A DNA stretch of 64,000 nucleotides. It comes from an uncultured bacterium (lineage in GTDB: Bacteria > Verrucomicrobiota > Verrucomicrobiia > Limisphaerales > UBA8199). A program made the position numbers and the translations under genes. Location: NCBI GenBank assembly GCA_963749495.1, contig CAVVMW010000010.1, forward strand, positions 544,001-608,000. Reading direction: 5' to 3'. This document shows positions 43,623-52,972 of this stretch, piece after piece. A model generated the notes under the pieces. That model was given only the letters and a program-made list of their open reading frames with translations. It searched no databases and was not told the origin of the DNA. Each line of letters opens with the position of its first letter. The stretch's first letter is position 1.

Positions 43623-45119
43623 ATGGCTAGTATCAATGTTCAACCGGCGAGGATTGTGCTCGGCTTAACCCGCAACGCCCTGCTGTGCGGGGCGTTCTTG
43701 AATTGCTTCGCCCTCGCCGTCTCGGGCGCCGAACCTGTCATGCCCAACTGGCCCGGATTCCGGGGCCCCAATTGTTCCGGCGTCGCCGACGATGCCAAGC
43801 CGCCGGTGAAGATCGGCCCCACCAACGGCGTTCTGTGGGCCACCGAGGTGCCTTGGTCGCCCTCGTCTCCGTGCATTTGGGGCGAGCGCATCTTCCTGAC
43901 GACCTTTGCCGAGGAGCGACTCCAGACACGGTGCTACGACCGGCGCAGCGGGCAGTTGTTATGGTCCCGTGGAGACAAGCCCGAGAAGCTCGAGCCGTTT
44001 CACAAAACGGAGGCCAGCCCGGCTGCGGCCACGCCAGCAACCGACGGCCGGCATGTGGTGAGTTACTTCGGTTCGATCGGCTTGATCTGCCACGACCTGG
44101 AAGGCAAGGAACTCTGGCGCCATCCCCTGCCCGTTGCCCTGAGCGGCGGCAGTTTCGGCTCGGGCACCTCGCCGGTCATCGCAAGGAAACTGGTGATTTT
44201 GAACCGGGACCAGGACCAAAACTCGTCGCTGCTGGCCGTCAACGTCGAAACCGGCAAGACAGTCTGGGAAGCGCCGCGCCCGGAGGCAAGCGGCAGCTTT
44301 GGCACGCCCATCATCTGGGAGAACGAGGGCGTGGAGCAGGTGGTGACGCCCGGCTGTGTGCGATTGAAAGGCTATGAGCTCAAGAACGGCAGGGAGCACT
44401 GGATGGTAACAGGGGTTGCCAGCTTTGCCTGCACGACGCCGGTCATCGGCGACGGATTGCTGTTTTTCGCTGCTTGGGCGCCGGGCAAGTCCGATGCACC
44501 CTGGCCTTCCTGGGAGAACTTCCTCGCACAGTATGACAAGAACAAGGATGGCGAGGTAACATTCGACGAGTTTCCGGAGGACGAACGGGATTCCATGCGT
44601 GGCCTGGATGTGAACCACGACGGCAAAATCACCAAGGCCGACTGGGACCTCATCCTCGCCCAAAACGCCAAGGGCGACAACGTCATGGTCGCCGTCCAAC
44701 CGGGCGGCCAGGGCGACATCACGCAGACGCACGTGCGCTGGAACTCCAAGCTGGGTTTGCCCTACGTTGCCTCGCCCCTGTTTTACCAGGGGCGCGTGTA
44801 TCTCATCCGCGAAGGCGGGATGTTGTCCTCGTTCGATGCCAAAACGGGCAACCCATGTTACCTCAAGGAGCGCCTGGGCGCTCCTGGCAGCTACTATTCG
44901 TCCCCGGTGGCCGCCGACGGGCGAATCTACTTGGCATCGCTGGCGGGCAGGGTCAGCGTGGTGAAAGCGGGAGGTGACAAGCCGGAGATTCTCCATCAAG
45001 CGTCCTTTGGCGACCGCATTTTCGCCACGCCTGCCTTGGTTGGCGAGGGGCTCTACCTGCGCACTCGGAGCAAACTTTATGCATTTGGGGCCGAGGCTGG
45101 ACCTGAGAGCGGCAGGTGA
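43623..45119 (+). CDS. PQQ-like (BamB-type) beta-propeller protein with EF-hand insert
   Basis: NWPGFRGPN; SSP, ATPATDG and SSPVAADGRIY repeats; DKNKDGEV and DVNHDGKI. Confidence 0.88.
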   Translation: MASINVQPARIVLGLTRNALLCGAFLNCFALAVSGAEPVMPNWPGFRGPNCSGVADDAKPPVKIGPTNGVLWATEVPWSPSSPCIWGERIFLTTFAEERLQTRCYDRRSGQLLWSRGDKPEKLEPFHKTEASPAAATPATDGRHVVSYFGSIGLICHDLEGKELWRHPLPVALSGGSFGSGTSPVIARKLVILNRDQDQNSSLLAVNVETGKTVWEAPRPEASGSFGTPIIWENEGVEQVVTPGCVRLKGYELKNGREHWMVTGVASFACTTPVIGDGLLFFAAWAPGKSDAPWPSWENFLAQYDKNKDGEVTFDEFPEDERDSMRGLDVNHDGKITKADWDLILAQNAKGDNVMVAVQPGGQGDITQTHVRWNSKLGLPYVASPLFYQGRVYLIREGGMLSSFDAKTGNPCYLKERLGAPGSYYSSPVAADGRIYLASLAGRVSVVKAGGDKPEILHQASFGDRIFATPALVGEGLYLRTRSKLYAFGAEAGPESGR

Positions 45120-45142
45120 GGGAAGGGGTCCAGGATTGATTT

Positions 45143-45258
45143 TAGAGCAGGTTGCAGAATTAACCGCAAAGAACACAAAGAACGCAAAAGCCGGGGGAAT
45201 TGAGGCGTTTCTTTGTGCTCTTTGCGCTCTTTGCGGTTAATTTTGCCGCCGGCTCTTA
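45143..45258. repeat. Hairpin element of the 9-nt-period family with extended outer arms
   Basis: TAGAGCAGGTTGCAGAATTAACCGCAAAGAACACAAAGAACGC...GCGCTCTTTGCGGTTAATTTTGCCGCCGGCTCTTA; its terminal TTA is the stop codon of the next gene. Confidence 0.85.
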
Positions 45259-46353
45259 GACGATCTTTGGGAAATAAATCCACAAATGCCCGAGGTCGTC
45301 ATCCTCGCCGAAGATGATTTGGCCGTCACGACCCGTCACGGCATCCCCGAAGACGTAGCCGTAGCGGCGCCGTTCCAGCACGGACACGGCAACACCGAGG
45401 TTGGTCACCTGGCCGCGCCCGGGGTGATAGCAAAACAGGTTGGCCATTTCGGGCCCGCAAAAACCGAAGAGACGGCCGTCATGCGTTACCGCCCAGGGGC
45501 CGACCGGCGCCAGCGTGGCCCGGCCCAGCGGCTCACTGAACCCGCGCTGTTCATCGAATGAAAAGAGATTGCCGTTGGCATCGGCAGTATAAAGCACTCC
45601 GCGCCGGCGGTCTCTGGCCCAGGAGAGCGGGGCATGGTCCCACGCGCCTGCCGGCAACCTGACGGCCTGGCGTTGGATTTGCCGGGAGACCGGGTCATAG
45701 CGCCAGAGGTGGCCTGGGCCATCCCGGCCAAAAATGCCGCCTTTGGAACCGACGCCGATTCGACCGCTCCCAGGCACCTCGCCCGCAACCTCAATCTTCC
45801 CGTCCTCGAGGGCGACAGTGAATAGATGGCGGGTGGTGATGCCAACCAGCCAGGACTTCGAGTCCTCGGCCACCGCGTGAACGATCGGTTCACCGTCGAC
45901 TTTTCCCAGGTCTTGAAACGGGGTGCGGGAGAAACCCCATTCCTGGATGAGGTCAAAGGGCAGGGACTGCAAGGCGCCCGTCACAACGCGTCCGCCCTCG
46001 GGGCCGTTGACACAAGCCGCAAACTTCCTTTTTCCACAGCACACGGCGGCGCAGTGGCCCGCGCCTTCGACCGTTCCGCGGTCCAGGACCGCGCCGGTGA
46101 CCCCGTGAAACATCGCGACGAACAGGTGGGTCGCCCGGCCGCTGGTGCCTCCATAGATCATCCCTTCGGGGCTGATGTCCAAGGCGGTGATGTGGCTCTC
46201 GTCGGCGGGGATGGGAGTGCTGGCGCCCGGGAAGCAGGTCGGGAAGGCGACCATCGTGCCCTCCTTTACGAACGTTCCATGTACAATCTCGTCGATCAGC
46301 GCCCTGGCTTCGGGTGAGCGGCGGTTAAATCTCTGCTTCTTTTGTTCGCTCAT
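45256..46353 (-). CDS. Hypothetical beta-propeller protein
   Basis: Repeated DG-x-IYGGT / HLFxY blades. Confidence 0.7.
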   Translation of the reverse strand: MSEQKKQRFNRRSPEARALIDEIVHGTFVKEGTMVAFPTCFPGASTPIPADESHITALDISPEGMIYGGTSGRATHLFVAMFHGVTGAVLDRGTVEGAGHCAAVCCGKRKFAACVNGPEGGRVVTGALQSLPFDLIQEWGFSRTPFQDLGKVDGEPIVHAVAEDSKSWLVGITTRHLFTVALEDGKIEVAGEVPGSGRIGVGSKGGIFGRDGPGHLWRYDPVSRQIQRQAVRLPAGAWDHAPLSWARDRRRGVLYTADANGNLFSFDEQRGFSEPLGRATLAPVGPWAVTHDGRLFGFCGPEMANLFCYHPGRGQVTNLGVAVSVLERRRYGYVFGDAVTGRDGQIIFGEDDDLGHLWIYFPKIV

Positions 46354-46388
46354 GGCTGGTTCTCACCCCCAACTGCGAATGGGCGGGT

Positions 46389-46463
46389 GACTGTGGACTG
46401 TGGACTCTGGACTCTGGACTCTGGACTGTGGACTCTGGACTCTGGACTGTGGACTCTGGACTC
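46389..46463. repeat. Heptamer tandem repeat GACTSTG, 10 units plus a partial one
   Basis: GACTGTG and GACTCTG units read directly from the sequence. Confidence 0.95.
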
Positions 46464-46464
46464 C

Positions 46465-47823
46465 TCATCCCCACATGCGGATCGGCAGGTGGGCGTTCTC
46501 TTTCCGGCGATGGGCCGGCACCTGGACCTTGAAGATGCCCACGGGTTTGACTCCGACGCTGCCGAAGAACAAGTTGCCCTGATGGTCCACGGCGCCGCGC
46601 GAGACGTACTGGGCGGGGTCTTTGGGGTGGTGGAGGATGGCGACTTCCTGCCGCTCCAATGTAGCGGGATTGAGCCGCCAGACGAGCCCTTCGCGCTCGG
46701 GTCTGTCCGCAGGCATGGGGTTGTAAACCGGGTCTCGCCACCGCGAGGCCACGTAATACAACTGGCCGTCACCCCCGAAGACCAGGCCGCCGCAATGGTC
46801 CACGAAAGTGTCTTTCGAGAGGCTGGGGTCGCGCCTTTGGGTGGTGGCGCCCAGGTCCTCGACGCGCGGCCATTCGCCCTCGTTGGGCCAGATGCGCATC
46901 AGCCGCGAGTTGGCTATCCAGGTGACCGCGTACACGCACTGCCCGTCGGGCGCCGGCGCCACGTCGTAGAAGACACTGTGCCAACCGGTCTGGAATTCCG
47001 GGTTGTGCGGCAATACGAACGGGCAGCGTTCGAGCCGGTCTCTTTGCGGGTCATAGCGGACCAGGTGGCCGTAGTCGTCGGTAGTCCAAACGCGGTGCTG
47101 GCGGTCCAGGAACAGGGTCTGCGCGTTGATCGAGCCGATGCGGCCGGCGTCGCGGCGGGTGCGGGTTTTGGTGTCGTAGATGATAAAGTGATCGCGGGGG
47201 TAGCTCAAGGCATAGAGCCGATGGCGCTCTTCGTCGTGCAAGAGGCAGCGGCAGCCCTCCTTCGGGATGAGAGTGTCCCACCACAGGACCCGATCCGTCC
47301 TGGTGTCGAAGGCCAGCAGGGCGCTGCCGCGGAAGCAGCGGTTGGGGTCGTGCCAGGAGCGCCAGGGCGAATAGGCGGGCTGATCGATGGGCGGCCCCGA
47401 GAGATGGGTGGCCATGAACAGGATGCCATCGGCCATCGAGGGCGCGAAGCTGTAGTGGATCTTGCACTGGGTGGCACGCCCGGAATCAGCGGGGTCATCG
47501 ACCATCTCATCCACCGAGAACAAGTAGTCGAGGGCATCGCTCTTTTCGTTGTAACGGACAACCTTGACCACACCGCCCGGAACACTCTCCGCGCAAGCAG
47601 CCGCGTAGATCCGGCCATCGGGGCCCACCGATAACGACCAGCAGGTATCGGCGTCGGGATGGCCGGTGAACGGGTACCAGGCGGGACGGTAAGCCTCTTG
47701 GCCCGCCTCTTCGCCAGGCGCCGCACCTGGCGCGGCGCCGCCAAGGGCGGGCAGCAAGCACCAAGCCGCCGCGGTCTGCGCGCCCCCCTTGAGAAACTCG
47801 CGTCTTCTTAATTTCATCGGCAT
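46465..47823 (-). CDS. Tat-exported beta-propeller hypothetical protein
   Basis: LRRREFLK Tat motif; GPDGRIY, QCKIH and GGDGQLYY. Confidence 0.75.
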   Translation of the reverse strand: MPMKLRRREFLKGGAQTAAAWCLLPALGGAAPGAAPGEEAGQEAYRPAWYPFTGHPDADTCWSLSVGPDGRIYAAACAESVPGGVVKVVRYNEKSDALDYLFSVDEMVDDPADSGRATQCKIHYSFAPSMADGILFMATHLSGPPIDQPAYSPWRSWHDPNRCFRGSALLAFDTRTDRVLWWDTLIPKEGCRCLLHDEERHRLYALSYPRDHFIIYDTKTRTRRDAGRIGSINAQTLFLDRQHRVWTTDDYGHLVRYDPQRDRLERCPFVLPHNPEFQTGWHSVFYDVAPAPDGQCVYAVTWIANSRLMRIWPNEGEWPRVEDLGATTQRRDPSLSKDTFVDHCGGLVFGGDGQLYYVASRWRDPVYNPMPADRPEREGLVWRLNPATLERQEVAILHHPKDPAQYVSRGAVDHQGNLFFGSVGVKPVGIFKVQVPAHRRKENAHLPIRMWG

Positions 47824-47938
47824 GACTGGCCTCAATTCCTATCGGGCGCCCGCGCAGGTGTCGAGATCAATCTTCAACAAGGCGGAGAGAAAAAACTCGC
47901 GGGGCGGGCGAAAAAGGCCGAACATCCGGAGCAAGGCG

Positions 47939-49495
47939 ATGAGTAAGACTCCGGCCAGTGGCGATGACGCGTGCTCGGGTGGGCGGCTCATCGAGTCGGA
48001 TTCGTTTCCGTTCGAGTTCGTTTCGGAACTGGCGGAGATGGAAAGCTGGCGCAAGGAGGTTTATCGGCCTGTTTACCATATCCACAAATGGTGGGCGAAG
48101 CGGCTAGGGTCGGTGTTCCGTGCCGTTTTGCTCGGCGCGGTTCTTCCGGACAAAGAGAGCCTGGCCGAGGTCTTCTACCGGCAGCATGATTTTTCCGGTC
48201 TGACTGTTTTCGATCCGTTCATGGGGAGCGGGACTACTGTGGGCGAAGCGCACAAGCTCGGGTTTACCGCATTGGGCCGGGACATCAACCCTGTGGCTTG
48301 TGAGTCCGTGCGGGTGGCGCTCGGGCCGCTGGACCGGGATGCGTTGCTGGGGGCCTTCGGCCAGCTTTCTGCGGGTGTCGGTGAGCGGATTCGGAGACTT
48401 TACCGGACTGCGGACCAGGCAGGGCATGATTGTGACGCGTTGTACTTCTTCTGGGTGAAGGTGGTGCCCTGCCCGGCGTGCTCCGCTGGCGTGGACCTTT
48501 TCCCCTCGTACATTTTCGCGCGGAATGCTTATCCCGGCCGGAAGCCGGACGTCCGCGTCTGCTGCCCTGGCTGCGGGGGCATCTTCGCGGCGAACGTCAA
48601 TGATGTCCAAGCCAAGTGCCCGCACTGCCGGCATGAATTTGACCCGCACACGGGGCCAGCCAGCGGGGCTTCGGCGACCTGCCAGAAGTGCCGGCACGTT
48701 TTTCCAATTGCGAAAACGGTGAAGGCCCTCGGGCATCCGCCAGCCCATCGCATGTTCGCCGAACTTGTGCTGACCGGGGCGGACGACAAGGTTTATGTGG
48801 CCGTCAGCCGAGAGGACGAATCGGCTTACGAACGTTGCTCGGATGAGTTGGGCCGGAGCAGGCTGCTGCTGCCAGAGTTGGAAATGGAGGACGGACATAA
48901 TACCAGGCAGGTGCTCAACTACGCGTATCGATCGTGGCGCCAGTTCTTCAACGACCGGCAACTGCTGGCGCTGGGTTGGCTGCACGAGGCGATTCTGGCA
49001 CTGCCGAATGACGCCGTCCGGGCTGCGCTGCTCAATGTGTTCTCCGGGGTCATCGAGTTCAATAACATGTTCGCCTCGTACAAGGGGGAAGGCACGGGGG
49101 CGATTCGACACATGTTCTCGCACCACATTCTAAAGCCGGAGCGGGTGCCCATTGAGGGGAATGTATGGGGCACTTCCAGAAGCTCCGGCTCGTTCTCCAC
49201 GCTGTTCAAGTCCCGGTTGCTGCGGGCCATCGAATACCGCATGGCGCCTTTCGAAGTGGCCCTGGGCAACAGGAACGGATGTAACGATGGGAAGCGGGTC
49301 TTCGGAAGCAGCCCGCCGTTCACCGGGCGGGTTGAGACAGCCTGGCCCCCGCCGGGAAAGGCCGTTCCCCGGACCATTTTCCTTTCCTGCGGGAGTTCGG
49401 CGGCCACCGGCCTTGGGGATGCGAGCGTGGACCTGATCGTAACCGATCCCCCATTCTTCGACAACGTTCACTATTCGGAGCTGGCTGATTTCTTC
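47939..49495 (+). pseudogene. Zn-ribbon adenine DNA methyltransferase (COG1743-like), 3'-truncated
   Basis: IHKWWAKRLGSVFR, FDPFMGSGTT, four CxxC and TDPPFFDNVHYSELADFF, then runs into a repeat hairpin (ORF stops at 49606). Confidence 0.8.
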
Positions 49496-49570
49496 TTGAA
49501 CGCAGAGCCGCAAAGGACGCAGAGATTCGTTTCGTTTGTCTTCTCTGCGATCTTTGCGCCTCTGCGGTTT
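49496..49570. repeat. 75-bp hairpin, inverted twin of 16626-16700
   Basis: 69/75 identical, with an identical spacer. Confidence 0.9.
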
Positions 49571-49636
49571 TCGTTCCCCTCCCGAAGGCCCCCGCCGCTC
49601 CCCTGAGCAGTTCTGACGGGAGGGTTATACGGCGGC

Positions 49637-50554
49637 TCATTTCTTTGGAGGATCACTGGGCGGGACGGGCGGGCCTGCGGAGGCGTCACGCTGCGGTTGG
49701 TGGACCATGGCGTTCTTTTTGCCGATCGTTGGTTCGATGGCCTGGGCGAGGACGAAGTCCACCAACTCCTGGCATTGGAAGAAGCCTGCCCACATGTTGT
49801 GTCCCTGTCCGGGCGGAACGATGAGCTGCATCTTGCCGCCGAGCGCCTCGTAGCGCTTGCGCATTTCGCCGGAGTTCGCCTCCAGCGGGACGGCCTGGTC
49901 GCTGTCACCATGGATGGCGAAGAGCGGCACGCCCGCTTTGGCCAGCGCGTCAAGGCGGTCAATGGGATTGTGCTCCGCCAGTCGTGCCGAAAACTGCTCC
50001 GGTGTCATGCCGTAAGCGCCGCTTGCCTTCGCCGCGCCTGGATAGCTGGCCAGGTTGCAGACGGGGTAAATGCCCGCGAACCCGGCGACCTTGCCCGCAT
50101 TCTCGACCGCCCAGGAGAGGTTCATCAGGCCGCCCCAACTCCGTCCGAGCATCACCGCCCTTGGCGCAAGGCCGCGATTCCTGGTCAATTCTCCGTAGAA
50201 GGCCGAGTAGAGGGCCCGCCCGTCAGGACTCCCGTAGGATTCCCCGACATCGATGCCGGTGATCGCAATGCCGGCCCGGGTGAAGCGTTCGAACATCCAT
50301 TTCTCAGCGTCACTGGGCAGGCCGGGGAGCGTGGGTGCATACCAGACCCACGGGATCGGCCTGTCCGCGGGTTTCGCTTGCGGAAGAATCACGAACGCCG
50401 TTCGGCCCTGCACGAGGAAGACCTCGCCTGGAAGCGGCAGAGATTTCTGCGGTGCGTCGGCGGCGTGCAGCGCGGCCAGGGGAGCCAGCAGCAGGGCGGC
50501 GGGAAAAAAACTCAGCCAAGACATCTCAAATCGCCTTCGACATCCGAGTCGCAT
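49637..50554 (-). CDS. Secreted alpha/beta hydrolase
   Basis: PWVWYAP, GRSWGG, IHGDSDQAVP and GQGH; start uncertain. Confidence 0.8.
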   Translation of the reverse strand: MRLGCRRRFEMSWLSFFPAALLLAPLAALHAADAPQKSLPLPGEVFLVQGRTAFVILPQAKPADRPIPWVWYAPTLPGLPSDAEKWMFERFTRAGIAITGIDVGESYGSPDGRALYSAFYGELTRNRGLAPRAVMLGRSWGGLMNLSWAVENAGKVAGFAGIYPVCNLASYPGAAKASGAYGMTPEQFSARLAEHNPIDRLDALAKAGVPLFAIHGDSDQAVPLEANSGEMRKRYEALGGKMQLIVPPGQGHNMWAGFFQCQELVDFVLAQAIEPTIGKKNAMVHQPQRDASAGPPVPPSDPPKK

Positions 50555-50772
50555 TGTTTGGTCCATGGACATTCTTATATTCAATCCGCAAGCCGAAGGC
50601 AATTCTGGACATGGAGTTCTGGGAGAAAAGGGGAGCACAGGCGCCTGGCTGCGCTCTTCATTCGGATCGAATCGGTTGGACTGCGACCAGGAATGAGTTG
50701 TGTAAATCGGTAAATGCTCCACTATCGCGATATTAAACCGATTGAGTTCGACGACAAAAATGCCCGGCATCC

Positions 50773-52791
50773 ATGAATACTCCATGTTTCTTGTCAGTCG
50801 CGTCCCTCATTCTGCTTGGCTCCTGGAACGCCGAGGTCTTTGGGCAGGCGGAATGTGCCGCTGGCGGCAATCTCCGCGGCATACGGGTTGACGGAGAGTT
50901 GATGGCCTTCGGCACCAGCATCCGCGCGGTCGTTTCGGCCGAAGCGGATGAAAGCCAGGGCGGTCGCGGCAGGGGAGGCGGCGGACAGTTCTCCCGCGAT
51001 GGCGACGCGTTGATTGTGACCGGCAGTCTCACCGGCGGCGCGGGCCGGGGCGGTGGCCCAGGCGGCGGCGGCCGTGGCCGCGGTGGGACGCCCGCCGCTG
51101 GTGCGAGTTATCGCGCCACCTACAAGGACGTTGCCCCGGGGACGGCGGAGGCGGAGATTCAGATTACTTCGACGACGAACATTCCGATGCAGGGGGTCTT
51201 CTTTGCCATCGCCCTGCCCGGCGCCGATTACGCCGGCGGCTCGGTTCAGTGGATCGAGCCGGCCTCGGGAGCGGAAACCCCAGTGTCTCTGGCCGCCGCC
51301 CCACCCAGTGGCACGAACCTCTACCTGCGCGCATCGGCCAAAGGCGTGCGTCTGGTTGCTCCGCGACGGCAGATTGAGTCGAGCTTCCCGGGGCCGGCCC
51401 AGTTGGTCATCCGGGACGTTCGCAACCGCGGCAACCGCGACATCGAAGTCTGCTTCCCTCTCAGCCTGGGAGATCTAACCAACGGACAAAATGTTCACGC
51501 CGCTTTCACGATCAAGGCGACAGGCGAAGTGGACAAATCTCCTGCCCGGCTCGTGATGGATACATCCCGGCCCGGTCGCAGGTACGACGGCATGGGTGGC
51601 AATTTCCGTATTCAGAGCCCGGCCGACGCGGCCCAGATTCAGTACAACCTGGACAACCTGCGCATCGCCTGGGGCCGCGTGGCCATGCCGCTCGACCGCT
51701 GGCAGCCAAACCAAGACGCCGACCCGCTCGGGGCCGCCACCACCGGCCCGTTGAACACCAGCGTCCGCGAGGCGATGGAGATGGCCCAAAAGCTCGCCCG
51801 GAGAACCATTCCCACGATTATCAGCATCTGGTCCGCTCCGGGTTGGGCCTTGGCGGCGGGCGGTAGCGGACGCGGGGGACGCGCCCGCATCAACCCCGAA
51901 CAATGGGACAAAGTCTGCAAGTCCATCGGTTCCTACCTGGAATACATGAAACGAGCCTTCGGCTCTGAACCGGTTCTGTTCTCGTTCAACGAGTCCGACA
52001 TGGGCATCAACGTGCTTCAAAGTCCGCAGGAGCACGCCGATGCCATAAAGCGGTTGGGAGCCTATTTTGTGTCGCGCGGGCTGAAGACCCGGATGCTCCT
52101 GGGCGACACCGGCAACCCGACGGGCGACAAGTTCATTGACGCGGCCCTGGCCGATGCCGAAGCCGCCAAATACATCGGCGCGGTGTCGTTCCATTCCTGG
52201 AACAGCGGCACGACCGAGCAATACACCCATTTCAGCCAGGCGGCGCGGCAGCTCAACGTGCCGCTGCTCGTCGCCGAGGGCGGCCTTGATCCCAGCGCCC
52301 ACCAGTATCGGGCCATCTTCCTCGAGCCCTGGTTTTGCCTCAACGAGATCGCCCAGTACGTCGAGATTTGCCGCGTCGCCCAGCCGCTGTCCATTTTGCA
52401 CTGGCAGCTCACGGCCGATTATTCCATCCTCACCGGAGGGAACGGCGGCCGGCCGCTGCAACCGGCGCAGAGATTCTGGGACATCAAACAACTGGGCATG
52501 ACGGCGCCGGATTCCAGGGCGATGCAGATCACCTGCGACAATCCCAAGGTCATTTCGTGCGCGTTTGCGGATCACGGCGGCTGCGTGGTGCATTTGGTCA
52601 ACAACGGCGCCGCGCGCACGGCCACTGTCTCCGGGCTGCCGGCGGGCATCAAGGAAATGCGCGCGTTCGTAACCGACAGCCGCCGCGGCATGCAGGAGGC
52701 TGATCGCGTGCCCGTCGTCCAAGGCACGGTCCAACTGCCGCTGGACGGCATGAGCTTCACGAGCCTGGCCGGGAATGGCGAAATCAAATGA
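50773..52791 (+). CDS. Secreted GH30-like glycoside hydrolase
   Basis: WSAPGW, FSFNESD, SFHSW and LVAEGG; Gly/Arg-rich linkers. Confidence 0.7.
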   Translation: MNTPCFLSVASLILLGSWNAEVFGQAECAAGGNLRGIRVDGELMAFGTSIRAVVSAEADESQGGRGRGGGGQFSRDGDALIVTGSLTGGAGRGGGPGGGGRGRGGTPAAGASYRATYKDVAPGTAEAEIQITSTTNIPMQGVFFAIALPGADYAGGSVQWIEPASGAETPVSLAAAPPSGTNLYLRASAKGVRLVAPRRQIESSFPGPAQLVIRDVRNRGNRDIEVCFPLSLGDLTNGQNVHAAFTIKATGEVDKSPARLVMDTSRPGRRYDGMGGNFRIQSPADAAQIQYNLDNLRIAWGRVAMPLDRWQPNQDADPLGAATTGPLNTSVREAMEMAQKLARRTIPTIISIWSAPGWALAAGGSGRGGRARINPEQWDKVCKSIGSYLEYMKRAFGSEPVLFSFNESDMGINVLQSPQEHADAIKRLGAYFVSRGLKTRMLLGDTGNPTGDKFIDAALADAEAAKYIGAVSFHSWNSGTTEQYTHFSQAARQLNVPLLVAEGGLDPSAHQYRAIFLEPWFCLNEIAQYVEICRVAQPLSILHWQLTADYSILTGGNGGRPLQPAQRFWDIKQLGMTAPDSRAMQITCDNPKVISCAFADHGGCVVHLVNNGAARTATVSGLPAGIKEMRAFVTDSRRGMQEADRVPVVQGTVQLPLDGMSFTSLAGNGEIK

Positions 52792-52972
52792 CGGCGGCCA
52801 CGGGGCAAGAACTGCAAGACAGGGAAGGAAACCTATGAAGAAACCGCTGGCTTCCCGGCCGCCGCTTGAACGGCGACGAAACCCACCGGGGTCTCAACTT
52901 CAGCTCAGCGCCCCAAGCTCTGCGCGTCACGCTCGGCACCTACTGACCCTGCTTCATTTTGAAGGCTGCTTT

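Noticed and set aside
46389..46463. CRISPR array
   Set aside because: A 7-bp tandem unit without spacers; no cas genes or spaced 25-40 bp repeats in the window.
16626..49570. Classical integron cassette array
   Set aside because: No integrase, no clear RYYYAAC/GTTRRRY boxes, and inconsistent gene orientation; kept only as an analogy.
50955..51090. GGRGRGGG low-complexity tract as an RNA-binding RGG box
   Set aside because: It lies in a secreted glycosidase and is most simply a flexible linker.
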